Translations under genes and position numbers: made by a program
In this document: in pieces, positions 10,800 through 21,542 of the stretch
Layout: every line of letters starts with the position of its first letter
How positions within the stretch are numbered: the first letter of the stretch is position 1
Source of the DNA: Methanotrichaceae archaeon
GTDB lineage: Archaea; Halobacteriota; Methanosarcinia; Methanotrichales; Methanotrichaceae
Assembly (NCBI GenBank): GCA_963748825.1
Contig: CAVVKN010000018.1
Span: forward strand, 64,001-128,000
Length of the DNA: 64,000 nt
Direction of reading: 5' to 3'
The notes under the pieces: generated by a model
Seen by the model: the letters and a program-made list of their open reading frames with translations, nothing else
The model's database searches: none
What the model was told of the DNA's origin: nothing

Positions 10800-11450
10800 A
10801 TGAAGATCATCGGTTTTGTAGGCCTGCCGGGTTCAGGCAAAGGAGAAGCCTCCCAGATTGCCAGGCAGCATGGTTTGGCGGTGGTGGTCATGGGAGACGT
10901 CATCCGCCAGGAAGCAGCCAGGCAAGGCCTGGAGGCTACCGACCAAAATTTGGGCCGCATCGGCAATGCCTTGCGAGCGGCAGAAGGCCCTGATGCTGTG
11001 GCCAAAAAAACTCTTGAGAGGGCATTAGCCACAGGAAATGATGTAGTAGTGGTAGATGGACTTCGCTCCCGGGAGGAGGCGGACTACTTTCGCGCCCATG
11101 TCGATGAGTTTCATCTGGTCGAGGTCTGCGCTCCCGCAAGAGACAGGCTGAAATGGCTGGCTTCCCGAGGCCGTCCCGACGATCCGGGTAAGAGCCCGGC
11201 AAACGATGGCATGCAGACAGATGTGGATGCCAAGATCATTCTCTCCTGCGGCGAGCCGGACAGCCAGGCGGCTGCTGCTCTCGAGCAGAGAGAATGCCGG
11301 GAGATGGGCTGGGGCATGTGTGAAGCCATGAAGACCGCCGACATGAAGCTAAGAAATGACGGTAGCCTGGATGATTTTCGCAAGGACGTAAAGAGACTGC
11401 TGGGCCTTTTAGTGGCTAGCACTGCCTCCTGCAATGAAGAGCAGATTTAA
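10800..11450 (+). CDS. UPF0200 family P-loop nucleotide kinase (dephospho-CoA kinase-like)
   Basis: GLPGSGKG Walker A, MGDVIR, VVDGLRS, RGRPDD. Confidence 0.85.
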   Translation: MKIIGFVGLPGSGKGEASQIARQHGLAVVVMGDVIRQEAARQGLEATDQNLGRIGNALRAAEGPDAVAKKTLERALATGNDVVVVDGLRSREEADYFRAHVDEFHLVEVCAPARDRLKWLASRGRPDDPGKSPANDGMQTDVDAKIILSCGEPDSQAAAALEQRECREMGWGMCEAMKTADMKLRNDGSLDDFRKDVKRLLGLLVASTASCNEEQI

Positions 11451-11522
11451 CTTCTTTGCACCCATCCAGGCGCAGGCCTGATCGCTCTCGATCGCTCTCC
11501 GATGAAGTTATATACTCCTAAC

Positions 11523-11539
11523 TGACTGATGGTAAGTCA
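11523..11539. promoter_or_regulatory. Putative TetR operator 1, just downstream of TATA box TTATATA at 11508-11514
   Basis: TGACTGATGGTAAGTCA imperfect palindrome, matched by a second copy at 12259. Confidence 0.7.
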
Positions 11540-11570
11540 CTAACTTGTGCCCGATTCAAAAGGAGACATA

Positions 11571-12224
11571 ATGAGCAGGATCGTAAAAGAGCCCGAAGTG
11601 AGGCGAAAAGAACTGATAGACACGGCTGAGCGTCTGTTTATAGCCCAGGGCTACGATCAGACCTCTATAAGCGACATAGTAAAAGAGGTCAATGTATCTC
11701 AGGGTGCTTTTTACTATTACTTTGACTCAAAGGAAGATGTCCTGGTGGCGGTAATGGAGAAGCAGATAGCTTTAATGGAAAGCGATTTCATCCAGATTGC
11801 AAACAATAGCGATCTGGATGAGGCAGCCAAACTCAATTCCATGATCAACCGCTTTCTAAGCATCTCTGCATCCGGAAAAAAGATCATTGGCTATATCCAT
11901 CAGGCCAAAAATGCCACGCTACATAATAAGCTGATGAGGGTGAAGCCATTTGCCAGGATCGCTCCGGTTATGGCGGAGGTAATCGTCAAGGGTTGCAAGA
12001 ATGATAGTTTTCATGTAGAGCGCCCCCTGGAAACCTCTTATCTCCTGCTCGTGCTGATGGCATCTGCCAATCATATGTTCTATCAGAAAAATCATGATCT
12101 AGCCAATTCAAAAAATATGGATCAGGCAGATGAGGAATTTCTTGAGAATATGCGTGCAGCCATGGAGGATCTCCTGGGCAGAGTGTTTGGAGTTAGCGAT
12201 TACAGATTCATTCTGCAGATTTAG
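11571..12224 (+). CDS. TetR/AcrR family transcriptional regulator
   Basis: RRKELIDTAERLF...GYDQTSISDI...SQGAFYYYFDSKED HTH. Confidence 0.93.
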   Translation: MSRIVKEPEVRRKELIDTAERLFIAQGYDQTSISDIVKEVNVSQGAFYYYFDSKEDVLVAVMEKQIALMESDFIQIANNSDLDEAAKLNSMINRFLSISASGKKIIGYIHQAKNATLHNKLMRVKPFARIAPVMAEVIVKGCKNDSFHVERPLETSYLLLVLMASANHMFYQKNHDLANSKNMDQADEEFLENMRAAMEDLLGRVFGVSDYRFILQI

Positions 12225-12258
12225 GATGCCTGGGAAGAGACGGAAGCGCATTGATTAC

Positions 12259-12275
12259 TGACTTAGTGTAAGTCA
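12259..12275. promoter_or_regulatory. Putative TetR operator 2, upstream of the ABC exporter
   Basis: TGACTTA-GTG-TAAGTCA perfect 7-bp inverted repeat. Confidence 0.75.
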
Positions 12276-12295
12276 ATTGACATCGAGTTGAGAAG

Positions 12296-13345
12296 GTGAA
12301 TGATATCACAAGTGAAATTGGACCGGTGGACGGACTTCAGATTGGGCAGGCCAAGGACGAGGCTGCCATCTCCATGCAGGGTCTGACTAAAAGGTTCGGC
12401 GATATGACCGCCGTGGATCACATAGACCTGGAAATAAATAAGGGCGAGCTCTTCGGCCTCCTGGGAGCCAATGGAGCCGGCAAGAGCACCATCATCAAGA
12501 TGCTAACCACCATGCTCACGCCAACAGAAGGCGAAGCTTGGGTATGGGGTCACAACGTAACCCGGGAGAGAAATGCGGTGCGATCCTCGATCGGCGTCGT
12601 CTTTCAGGACCCGGCAGTGGATGGCATGCTGACCGGCCGGGAGAACCTGGACTTTCACGGCAGGATGTATGGAATGGACGGCCCCCTGCGCAAGAAGAGG
12701 ATCGATGAGGTTTTAGAATTGGTGGATCTGGCCGGGAAGGCCGACATCAAGATGGAAGACTACTCCGGTGGCATGCAGCGGAGGCTGGAGATTGCCAGGG
12801 GACTGATGCATTATCCACATGTGCTCTTCTTGGACGAGCCCACCCTTGGTTTAGACGCCCAGACGAGGAGATACCTCTGGCAGTACATCCATAATATGAA
12901 CAAAGAGAACGGTGTAACGATCGTCCTCACAACCCACTACATGGAAGAAGCGGACGCCCTCTGCGATCGCGTGGCCATCATCGATAACGGTAAGATCGTA
13001 GCCCTGGACACACCTGAGAATCTCAAAGATATGATTGGATCTGATTCAGTCATCTTGGAGATCCAGAGCGGCGCAGAGGCACTAATTCAGTCTCTGCAGC
13101 GCTTCTCCTGGATCAAGTCCGCATCAATCATCAATGGAACTGTTGAGCTTAAGGTGGATCATGCCCAACAGAGAATCCCAGAGATCATGCAGGAGGCAAA
13201 TGTATGCTCTGCAGTGATAACCTCGGTCGGACTGCATAAGCCCACTTTAGAGGACGCATTTCTCAAATATACGGGCAGAAAGATACGAGAGGCAGGCGCC
13301 GCAGCCAACTCCTTGGTCGCAATGATGCACCGGAGGAAAAGATGA
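12296..13345 (+). CDS. DrrA-type ABC exporter ATP-binding protein
   Basis: GANGAGKST, YSGGMQRRLEIARGL, LFLDEPT, TTHYMEEA. Confidence 0.93.
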   Translation: MNDITSEIGPVDGLQIGQAKDEAAISMQGLTKRFGDMTAVDHIDLEINKGELFGLLGANGAGKSTIIKMLTTMLTPTEGEAWVWGHNVTRERNAVRSSIGVVFQDPAVDGMLTGRENLDFHGRMYGMDGPLRKKRIDEVLELVDLAGKADIKMEDYSGGMQRRLEIARGLMHYPHVLFLDEPTLGLDAQTRRYLWQYIHNMNKENGVTIVLTTHYMEEADALCDRVAIIDNGKIVALDTPENLKDMIGSDSVILEIQSGAEALIQSLQRFSWIKSASIINGTVELKVDHAQQRIPEIMQEANVCSAVITSVGLHKPTLEDAFLKYTGRKIREAGAAANSLVAMMHRRKR

Positions 13346-14112
13346 AGCAGGATCTTTATGCCATTTACAGCATCTGGCTAAGAGAGATGCTGCGCTTCTT
13401 CCGCCTGAAGAGTCGCGTCTTTGGTTCCGTTGCCATGCCCTTCTTCTTCCTGGCGTTTATGGGTGTGGGATTTAGCAGCGGCACGAGCATGCCGGGCATT
13501 CCCTCTGGTGTAGGTTACGTCAGCTTTTTGACTCCAGGGATCATAGGTATGACATTGCTCTTTTCGGCCACTTTTGCAGGCCTTTCCGTCCTCTGGGACA
13601 GGGAGTTCGGATTCTTAAAAGAGATAATGGTAGCTCCAGTAAGCAGAATTGCCATAGTCCTGGGGCGAACTGCAGGAGGCCTGACCACCGGCATTCTTCA
13701 GGCGGTGATAATACTCATCTCAGGGATATTTCTGGGAATGAAGATGCCAAGCCTTGCTGGATTCCTGCTGTCCCTGGTATTCATGGTCCTGATAGCTGCG
13801 ACATTCATCGGCCTCGGCCTGGCTTTCGCCTCAAAGATGAAAGATATGTCCGGATTCAGCCTGGTCATGAACTTCCTCATCTTTCCATTGTTCTTCCTGT
13901 CGGGGGCGCTCTTCCCTCTGGAGAGATTCCCTGTGTTGATAAGGAGCCTCGCCTACATGAACCCCCTCACCTATGGCGTGGACGGTTTGAGATACAGCCT
14001 GATAGGCACGAGCGCCATTTCCCCTCCCGTGGACCTGGCAGTTCTAACGGTCTGCTGCGCCGCCATGCTGTTCCTGGGTGCATATCTCTTTGAGAATACC
14101 GAGGTGAAGTGA
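13342..14112 (+). CDS. ABC-2 type permease
   Basis: Six TM segments, DREFGFLKEI, FLSGALFP, NPLTYGVDGLR. Confidence 0.92.
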   Translation: MKQDLYAIYSIWLREMLRFFRLKSRVFGSVAMPFFFLAFMGVGFSSGTSMPGIPSGVGYVSFLTPGIIGMTLLFSATFAGLSVLWDREFGFLKEIMVAPVSRIAIVLGRTAGGLTTGILQAVIILISGIFLGMKMPSLAGFLLSLVFMVLIAATFIGLGLAFASKMKDMSGFSLVMNFLIFPLFFLSGALFPLERFPVLIRSLAYMNPLTYGVDGLRYSLIGTSAISPPVDLAVLTVCCAAMLFLGAYLFENTEVK

Positions 14113-14263
14113 TCTTTCCAAAGTTGCAGAGATATGAAAGAAGGACATAAACCTGGAGATTACTGCGAAAAAACCTGAACCCCAGCCGGGGCAGGGGACA
14201 GTAATCGCCAGGTTTATGCTGATGTCGTTTTTCCCGGTTTTATGTTGATTTTGCTCCTCCAGA

Positions 14264-14995
14264 TCAATTTCCATAGGATGTGGTCGGTTGATTGGAGTAG
14301 TAAGTATGTCCGGTGGGCGGGTAGGTGTAGGTTATCGGGCTGTCCCAATAGGGATACGGATATGGCATGGGATCGGGACTCGGGTTCGGATTGACCCAGT
14401 AACCACCAGGGCCAGAGACATAAATGTAGGCATAGTTGCTCCAGCCGTTGCAGTAATACTGGAGGATGTGCCAGCCCGGAGTATCGGCAAAGAACCATCT
14501 CTTGTACCAGCCCGGGTAATTTACAAATCCGGCATAATTAGTATCGAGCATGCCGCTCGGATACCACTCATAAAACCAGATATTGCCTGTTGCCGAGGTC
14601 TTCATCCATAAAGGCAGATTGGCATAAAGATTGCAGCTTGCTACAGTTCGCGGTGCATAGGAGATATAAAGACTATTAGGCGAATAGCTGCCCGTGGGAA
14701 CTATCATTTTATTGTAGACAGGATTAGTGGCTGTGGCCCTTAATGCCGCAGGGGCGGAGGCATAGGCGGCATCCTGGCTCGCGCTCATTAGAGTTTGAGT
14801 CGACTCCTGCGCGCTTGGGGCCTGTTGGGATGTGATGACGTCTGTCGGCGCTTGCAGGCCCAGAGATTCTGCGCTGCTTGGAGTGATAGGGGTGGGTGCG
14901 CCGCCCGTTGCGCTTGTAGAATATGGGTTCATCTGTCCAAATGCATTGGTGCATAGCAGCATCATTAATGCGATTATTAACACAGTCCATTTCAT
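14264..14995 (-). CDS. Secreted hypothetical protein (S/T/A-rich linker, Trp/Tyr-rich domain, Pro/Tyr tail)
   Basis: Signal peptide MKWTVLIIALMMLLCTNAFG; long ORF. Confidence 0.75.
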   Translation of the reverse strand: MKWTVLIIALMMLLCTNAFGQMNPYSTSATGGAPTPITPSSAESLGLQAPTDVITSQQAPSAQESTQTLMSASQDAAYASAPAALRATATNPVYNKMIVPTGSYSPNSLYISYAPRTVASCNLYANLPLWMKTSATGNIWFYEWYPSGMLDTNYAGFVNYPGWYKRWFFADTPGWHILQYYCNGWSNYAYIYVSGPGGYWVNPNPSPDPMPYPYPYWDSPITYTYPPTGHTYYSNQPTTSYGN

Positions 14996-15146
14996 CTGAG
15001 GACACCTCGACAAATTATTGATCCTTTGAATGTAAATAGGTAACCATTAAATTCGTGTTCCAGTGTTTGCCGGAAGAGAAATGCCTTGGAAACACTTTCG
15101 CCCCGCATCCATTATGCTTTTATTCGATTTTGACTGGCTATTGCTC

Positions 15147-16310
15147 GTGATCAAAGGCAAGGAAGCTTATTTAAAAAAATTGACGGCCAATATGTATATC
15201 CCCTCGCAGGATGTGGGCACAGAGCTTGATGGCAGCACTCCTCCCTCCGTCTTCGTTGGCAGCTGGAACTATCCCAAAGTTTATGCTGGCCCCATGATAG
15301 CACCAATACATGGTGACACCATTATCATGGACCGGCCCGAGTCGTGGATACCGGAAAAGAAGACCCAGGAGGAGATCATAAGATACCGGCTAAACCTGAT
15401 CAGAGGCAAAAAGCCCGTCAAAGTCACAGAGCTAAAAGATCGTTTCATTGATAAGTTGCGGGACATCTCCCTTTCCGCTTCCTCCATTGAGAGCGAAGTG
15501 CAGTTTTCCCGCGCCCCAAAGGGCATGTCCTTTAGTGATGAGCACACCCCCTTCGGTCCCAGTGCGCCTCTGGACAGGCTCGAGATCGGCAATGCCAGGT
15601 GGGATCAGAATTTAGAGAAGGTGTATTATGACGGCGATCTGCTGGCGGCGGACGCTGTTGTTGATCTGCACCAGAAAGGCCTGCCGTTCTCGAGCATTCA
15701 GAAGGCATTCTCAATGGGGACCATGGGCACCCGAAAGAGACGCCGCCTGGTTCCCACGCGCTGGTCCATCACCGCTTGCGATAGCACCCTGGCAAACCGA
15801 CTTTTGCGGAAGGTCAGGGAGCATGACATAATCGATTGCTGCCAGGTAAGGGAGTTTTCCAGTCTCAACAATTATTATGCTGTCCTTCTCCTGCCAACCG
15901 CTTGGCAATATGAGTGGATGGAGGCCTTCCTGCGCATCCTGGGAAATGAAGAGCTGATATTCTCCGACTATGAGAACAATGGGGGCAAGAAGGGCTATTC
16001 CCGTGTGGGTGGTTGCTACTATTCCTGCAAAATGGCTGTTCTGGAGGCTCTGGAAAGGGAGAAAAAACAGGCAGGTGCGATCATATTGCGGGAGGCTTAT
16101 TCGGGATATGTGCCTTTAGGCGTCTTCAACGTGAGGGAGAATGTAAGAAATGCCATGCAAGAGAAGGCTTTGCCATTCGAGAATATGAAGAGCGCATTGG
16201 GGTATATTTGCAGCAAACTGCAGCTGCCTTTAAAGAAATTCATCCTGCAAAGCGACCTTCTCAGGGAGCAGCTTAAAAGCCGGCAGACTACATTGAGCTC
16301 TTTCTCTTGA
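15147..16310 (+). CDS. Nre family archaeal DNA repair protein
   Basis: [42 protein letters not shown] and C-terminal PIP box QTTLSSF; GTG start inferred. Confidence 0.9.
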   Translation: MIKGKEAYLKKLTANMYIPSQDVGTELDGSTPPSVFVGSWNYPKVYAGPMIAPIHGDTIIMDRPESWIPEKKTQEEIIRYRLNLIRGKKPVKVTELKDRFIDKLRDISLSASSIESEVQFSRAPKGMSFSDEHTPFGPSAPLDRLEIGNARWDQNLEKVYYDGDLLAADAVVDLHQKGLPFSSIQKAFSMGTMGTRKRRRLVPTRWSITACDSTLANRLLRKVREHDIIDCCQVREFSSLNNYYAVLLLPTAWQYEWMEAFLRILGNEELIFSDYENNGGKKGYSRVGGCYYSCKMAVLEALEREKKQAGAIILREAYSGYVPLGVFNVRENVRNAMQEKALPFENMKSALGYICSKLQLPLKKFILQSDLLREQLKSRQTTLSSFS

Positions 16311-16433
16311 TTATTTGGAGCTGACCCTGCCAGTCCGATCACGTGATTATCGACCCTAATTTGGACAGCCATCAAGCTCTAAATGGGCTTCTAATGAGCA
16401 AAAGTTAGATATAAAAAGGACTCAATCGACCTG

Positions 16434-18284
16434 GTGGGAGTGAAAAGTGTGGACAAAAAAATGGGTAGTGATAAGCTTTGCTTATCGTTTGGTTTATTTA
16501 TTCTAAGTAATTTATTATTGCTCGGTTGCGCATCAGCCCAATGCGGGGACTGTGATGATAAAAATCCCTGTACCAAGGACGACTGCGATGGAATTCTCTG
16601 TCAGCATATACCCCAGAGCTGCGACGAGGGCAGTTCCTTTCCATGGTCGTCCTTAGAATCGAGCTCTGATAACAGCACGAAAGATAAATCTGGTCTCTTA
16701 AGACAAAACAACCAAGTGTCTTCCGTATCAGAAGGAGCGATTAATACTTCTGTAAGTTGTGATGACAATAATCCATGCACTAGAGACTCTTACGGAGCTA
16801 ACGGCTGCGTTCACGATCCAGTGAATTGCGATGACGGCAATCCTTGCACCTCAGATTATTGCGGAGCTGGCAGCTGCATTCATGATCCCGTGAATTGCGA
16901 TGACGGAAACGCCAGCACGGTAGACCTCTGCGGCCCGTCCGGTTGTGTCAATACGCCCTTGCTAGGAGAAAGCAACAATGCCTATTCAGTGAAATTTCTA
17001 AGTCCGGTTATACCGGAAATGCAAAATGAGAACGTAACGGAGAATACCACTACCGATGAATCTAAAAGCGTCATAGAAGAGGCAACAGTACAGCCCATTT
17101 GTGATGACAGCAATCCCTGCACTACGAATTCCTACAATGGTACAGGCTGCGTTTACGCACTAATAAATTGCGATGACGGAAATGAGAGCACTCTCGATTC
17201 CTGCAAAGATGGTGCTTGCATAAATGAGCCCAAAGATAGCGTCAGCACACTTAGCGAAAATAACAGCACTGCCGTATCCTCCAGCGAGGCACTCATGGCC
17301 GGCCATCCACAGAGCTGCGATGATCATGATCCCTGCACCGTGGATACCCTTAACGGGATAAAGTGTGAGCATAAACCGAAGATTTGCGATGATGGAAAAG
17401 CCGAAACCTTCGATTACTGCTTTGAAGGGGTGTGCTACAATACAACGACAAGCTGCGATGATGGCAATAACTGTACCGTCGACTCTTACAATGGTACAGC
17501 ATGCGTGCATAGCCCCAAGAATTGCGATGACCATAATGCCTGCACCATTGATACCTGTGATAATGGAAAATGCGTGCATACGCCCAAGAACTGCAACGAT
17601 GGCAATCCCTGTACTTATGACAAATGCGATCGCAGGATTGGCTGTTACAATCCATGGAAATGCGACGACGGCAATCCCTGCACAATAGACTATTGCGATT
17701 CGGTTTGGGGCTGCATCCATTCACCTGTTGTCTGCGGACTGGGAAAGACATGCATCAATGGCGTCTGCCAGTACCTATATTCCTATATCGCACCCTCCGG
17801 TCCACTTCCATCCGCCCAATCCTACACAATTCCTGCCGGAACAGCCATAACCCTGCCATGGGGCCAGGTTGCTACTGCTCTTGATTTTTTGAAGGTGGAG
17901 AACGGCATTGCATATTCAAGTGCGTCGCCGAGTGCATCGCCTCTGAGGTTTGTGAGATTGCTAGGCTTGGAAAGTCAGGCAATTTCAGGATACCAAAGCG
18001 GACTGCCAATCTCAGAGAGGGCAGAAATGATAGGTCTTTCCTGGAAGGAGGCCCGTTTCAATTTGAATTTGATCCAGCCGAATGGAAGCATTCTTCCGGT
18101 GCAGGGAGATAACCAGAAGGTAGTGCACCTCGTGGGCCCGAACTACGATTACTACTTCCTGAGAAATGCTGCTATTGGAAATTGGAGTATTGAGATCAGG
18201 CCCCTAAATCAGGGGACTGATGGTGTCGGGTTCTCGTTGATAACCGGGCTGGTGAAGGGAGCAGCCCCCATATATCAGCCTTAA
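16434..18284 (+). CDS. Secreted Cys-rich protein with Dictyostelium-type CDDxNPCTxDxC repeats
   Basis: Signal peptide, about 12 repeats of CDDG/NNxCTxDxC...C, C-terminal beta-rich domain. Confidence 0.85.
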   Translation: MGVKSVDKKMGSDKLCLSFGLFILSNLLLLGCASAQCGDCDDKNPCTKDDCDGILCQHIPQSCDEGSSFPWSSLESSSDNSTKDKSGLLRQNNQVSSVSEGAINTSVSCDDNNPCTRDSYGANGCVHDPVNCDDGNPCTSDYCGAGSCIHDPVNCDDGNASTVDLCGPSGCVNTPLLGESNNAYSVKFLSPVIPEMQNENVTENTTTDESKSVIEEATVQPICDDSNPCTTNSYNGTGCVYALINCDDGNESTLDSCKDGACINEPKDSVSTLSENNSTAVSSSEALMAGHPQSCDDHDPCTVDTLNGIKCEHKPKICDDGKAETFDYCFEGVCYNTTTSCDDGNNCTVDSYNGTACVHSPKNCDDHNACTIDTCDNGKCVHTPKNCNDGNPCTYDKCDRRIGCYNPWKCDDGNPCTIDYCDSVWGCIHSPVVCGLGKTCINGVCQYLYSYIAPSGPLPSAQSYTIPAGTAITLPWGQVATALDFLKVENGIAYSSASPSASPLRFVRLLGLESQAISGYQSGLPISERAEMIGLSWKEARFNLNLIQPNGSILPVQGDNQKVVHLVGPNYDYYFLRNAAIGNWSIEIRPLNQGTDGVGFSLITGLVKGAAPIYQP

Positions 18285-18432
18285 GCTCAGACAGATGTGG
18301 TCTTGCTGAACGCGGTCCCGTCTGATGGGACCATACTACTTTTTTAGCGTAACACCAATATATTTCTGCACAGATTTACCATAGAATAGATACAAGATAC
18401 AAGAAAACTCATGAAAAAATGTCTGGAAAAGA

Positions 18433-18981
18433 TCACCGCCCAAAGGTTGCCACTGCTTCTCCCTTTTGCAGCACATGGCCTTGCATTGCCTTCTCCAGGT
18501 CTGTAACCGTGGCGCCTGCTGATAAGTCCAGCATCCTGTCCAGACCAAATACCCGGAAGAAATATCTGTGCGGCTTTCCAGGAGGCGGACAGGGGCCGGC
18601 ATATCCGATCTCTCCGAAGTCGTTCGTACCCTGCAAAGCTCTGAAGGGCTCTTTGAGTGTGGCGCTCTTGGCTATGGCCTTAGGAATGACATCGATCGGC
18701 GGGATATTCCAGATAAGCCAGTGGGTGAAGGTGGCAGAAGGCGCGTCCGGGTCGTTAACAATCACGGCCAGGGATGTGGCATTGAGCCCTTGAATCTCGA
18801 TCCTTGGCGATACATCCATTCCCAGACAGGTATATTCGTCGGGAATCCGATCAAAGCCCAATTTGACAACAAGATCCATCATATCCATCTCCTCGGCCTG
18901 GACGGCTGTTACGAAAAAAACCAAGCAAGCAAATGCAGCCAGGACAGTCTGTATTGAATTTCTGCTCTTTATGGTTATCAT
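18433..18981 (-). CDS. YbhB/YbcL (PEBP, Raf-kinase-inhibitor-like) protein, secreted
   Basis: DPDAP, FTHW, GYAGPCPP, HRYFF. Confidence 0.93.
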   Translation of the reverse strand: MITIKSRNSIQTVLAAFACLVFFVTAVQAEEMDMMDLVVKLGFDRIPDEYTCLGMDVSPRIEIQGLNATSLAVIVNDPDAPSATFTHWLIWNIPPIDVIPKAIAKSATLKEPFRALQGTNDFGEIGYAGPCPPPGKPHRYFFRVFGLDRMLDLSAGATVTDLEKAMQGHVLQKGEAVATFGR

Positions 18982-19181
18982 GATATGCTTTTCCTAAGAG
19001 CTTTTTAAGGAGAAATCTCTTCTTGACAGTTGCTTTTCTACATCGTGCTGACTGATAAATTCTTTGCCCAATACACTATCTCTATTGCTATTGTACCTTT
19101 GCAGTGGATTTCTTTCACTACTCGGCCATATGACGCTGCCTCGCAGAAAATAATTTAAATGCTCAGGTCAACTGGAGTATC

Positions 19182-20495
19182 GTGACCGTCTTTAGAGCTT
19201 ATGATGTTCGAGGTGTCTACGGCACCGATCTCACAGAGGAGCTGGCCAGGCGTGTGGGTGTTTCCTTCGGATCTTTTGCCGGAGGGGGCAGGGTCTCTTT
19301 GGGCAGGGATACGCGAATCAGCGGCCCGTCTCTGGAGAAGGCCTTCCTGGAAGGTGTTCTGACTACAGGCTGCCATGTGGACAGCTACGGCATCATTCCC
19401 ATTGCCGTTTTAAGCTACATCACTCGCAAAATGGGCCTGAAAGCTGCGGCCTACATCTCTGCCTCTCATAATCCGCCCGAGTACAATGGGGTGCGGTTTA
19501 GAACCGGCGATGGCTACGGCCTGCTCTACCAGGAGTCATCCATCATGAAATTCTACCGTGAAGGTGGCTTTCTCTCCGGAAAGGGAAGAGTAGAGGATCG
19601 TCCTTCCGCGGAGGCCATCGACGAGTACCGCCGTTACGTGGCAGAAAAGCTACACTTAGAGCGCCCACTCAAGGCAGTCCTGGACATGGGCAACGGCTCG
19701 GCCTGCACCATGGCCTCTTTTTACGGAAATCTGGGCCTGGACTGCTCTGTGATCAACGGCATCATGGACGGCCTCTTCCCCGGTCGCGGCCCGGCACCCA
19801 ATGAAGAGTCCTTGCAGCCCGCCTGCCAAGAGGTACGGAAAAATCAGGCGGATTTTGGGGTGGGCTTTGATCCTGATGCCGACCGGGGGATCATCATCGA
19901 TGATCTGGGCCGGGTCCTGCCGCCGGAGAAAGTGGCCATCATCATAGCCCGGAGAAGGTACAAACGCGGCGATCTGGTCATCTCCGGCTTTGACTGCTCC
20001 ATGATGCTGGAGCGCGAACTGCAAAAAGACGGCATCAGGGTATTACGGGAGAGGGTAGGCGACGTATTCGTAGCCAACCGGGTAAAAAATGAGGGTGCCG
20101 TATTGGGCGTTGAGCGCAGCGGCCACTTCTTCCTTCCCGAGTTCCAGTACTCGGATGACCCCTTCGCCATGAGCCTGGCCATTGCCGAGATCATCTCAAA
20201 GGGCGAGAAGCTCTCCGTTCTCGCGGACGAGATACCTGACTATCCCTATAAGCAGATAAGCATCCACCTTAGCGAGGATCCGGCCAGAGTCATGCTCAGG
20301 TTAAAAGATGCGCTCGCCAGAATGGAACCGGACACCTTGGACGGGCTGAAGATAACCACCGACAGCTACAGCGTTCTTATCCGGCCCAGCAATACCGAAC
20401 CCATTTTGCGACTTTACATCGAGACCGCGGCAGGCGACATGGCTGAGCTGGAGGAGCGCTATGAGAAGATCATACGCCGGGCCATGGAGGCATGA
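19182..20495 (+). CDS. Phosphomannomutase/phosphoglucomutase
   Basis: FRAYDVRG, SASHNP, FDPDADR, GVERSGH, RPSNTEP. Confidence 0.92.
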   Translation: MTVFRAYDVRGVYGTDLTEELARRVGVSFGSFAGGGRVSLGRDTRISGPSLEKAFLEGVLTTGCHVDSYGIIPIAVLSYITRKMGLKAAAYISASHNPPEYNGVRFRTGDGYGLLYQESSIMKFYREGGFLSGKGRVEDRPSAEAIDEYRRYVAEKLHLERPLKAVLDMGNGSACTMASFYGNLGLDCSVINGIMDGLFPGRGPAPNEESLQPACQEVRKNQADFGVGFDPDADRGIIIDDLGRVLPPEKVAIIIARRRYKRGDLVISGFDCSMMLERELQKDGIRVLRERVGDVFVANRVKNEGAVLGVERSGHFFLPEFQYSDDPFAMSLAIAEIISKGEKLSVLADEIPDYPYKQISIHLSEDPARVMLRLKDALARMEPDTLDGLKITTDSYSVLIRPSNTEPILRLYIETAAGDMAELEERYEKIIRRAMEA

Positions 20496-20574
20496 ACCAT
20501 TTTTTTGGCAAAGCAACCTATTTAATCCGTCTCATCCTATTAACTGATAACCATTGTACAGAGCTGATCTTCGC

Positions 20575-21486
20575 GTGAGCTACAAAGACGTCTGCGTTCT
20601 CATTCCCACCCTCAATGAAGAGGAGTCCATCGAGCCGGTGATCCGGGAATTCAAAGCCCTGGGCTTCGAGAACATTCTGGTGGCGGACGGCCACAGCACC
20701 GACGGCACCGTGGCCAGGGCGAAAGCCGCCGGTGCACGCATCTTTATCCAGTCCGGTTCCGGTAAGGGCCAGGCTCTAAAAGAGGTCTTCGAAGAGATCG
20801 ACGAAGAGTTTATCCTTCTCATCGACGGTGACGGAACCTACCTTCCAACCGATGCCGCCCGTATCCTGGAGCCAGTATTGAGGGGAAAGGCAGACCATGT
20901 TGTGGGAAACAGGCTGGGCAATGTGCAGGGTGGTGCTCTAAAGCGGCTGAACATGTTCGGCAATAAGATGATCAACCTCTTCTTTGCCACCATCTATCGC
21001 GTTCATTTAACCGACATTCTCTCCGGCTACCGGGCGTTCACCACGGAAGGCATTCGCCGCCTGGACCTGACTATGAAGGGCTTTGAGATCGAGTCGGAGA
21101 TAACCATTGAGAGTGTGAAAAAGGGCCTGCGCATCATTGAGGTGCCCATTACCTACAAGCCCCGGCCGGCTGGCACCAAGACCAAGCTGCATCCCTTCCG
21201 GGACGGCCTCAAGATCATACTCACTATATTCCGCATGGCAAAGACCGAAAATCCCATGTTCTACTTCGGCCTGATCGGCTCATTCTTTGGTCTGGCCGGA
21301 TTTCTCATCGGCCTATTTGTTGCCCGAGATTGGCTTTACTGGCGCATCGAGCACATCCCCCTCACCATCCTGACAGCCATCCTGATTATCGTTGGCTTCC
21401 AGCTATTTCTGATAGGCATGCAGGGAGATATGACAGCATCTATGCACCGGGAGATGATCAGAGAGTTGCACCGAAAGAGAAAATAG
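20575..21486 (+). CDS. aglJ: GT2 dolichol-phosphate glycosyltransferase, AglJ-like
   Basis: VLIPTLNEE, QSGSGKGQA, DGDGTY, DILSGYRAF, two C-terminal TM helices. Confidence 0.75.
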   Translation: MSYKDVCVLIPTLNEEESIEPVIREFKALGFENILVADGHSTDGTVARAKAAGARIFIQSGSGKGQALKEVFEEIDEEFILLIDGDGTYLPTDAARILEPVLRGKADHVVGNRLGNVQGGALKRLNMFGNKMINLFFATIYRVHLTDILSGYRAFTTEGIRRLDLTMKGFEIESEITIESVKKGLRIIEVPITYKPRPAGTKTKLHPFRDGLKIILTIFRMAKTENPMFYFGLIGSFFGLAGFLIGLFVARDWLYWRIEHIPLTILTAILIIVGFQLFLIGMQGDMTASMHREMIRELHRKRK

Positions 21487-21542
21487 TTCTTCAGAAAAAG
21501 ATAGTAATATTTATAATAAAAAAAGGAGTTCTGCAGATGTAT

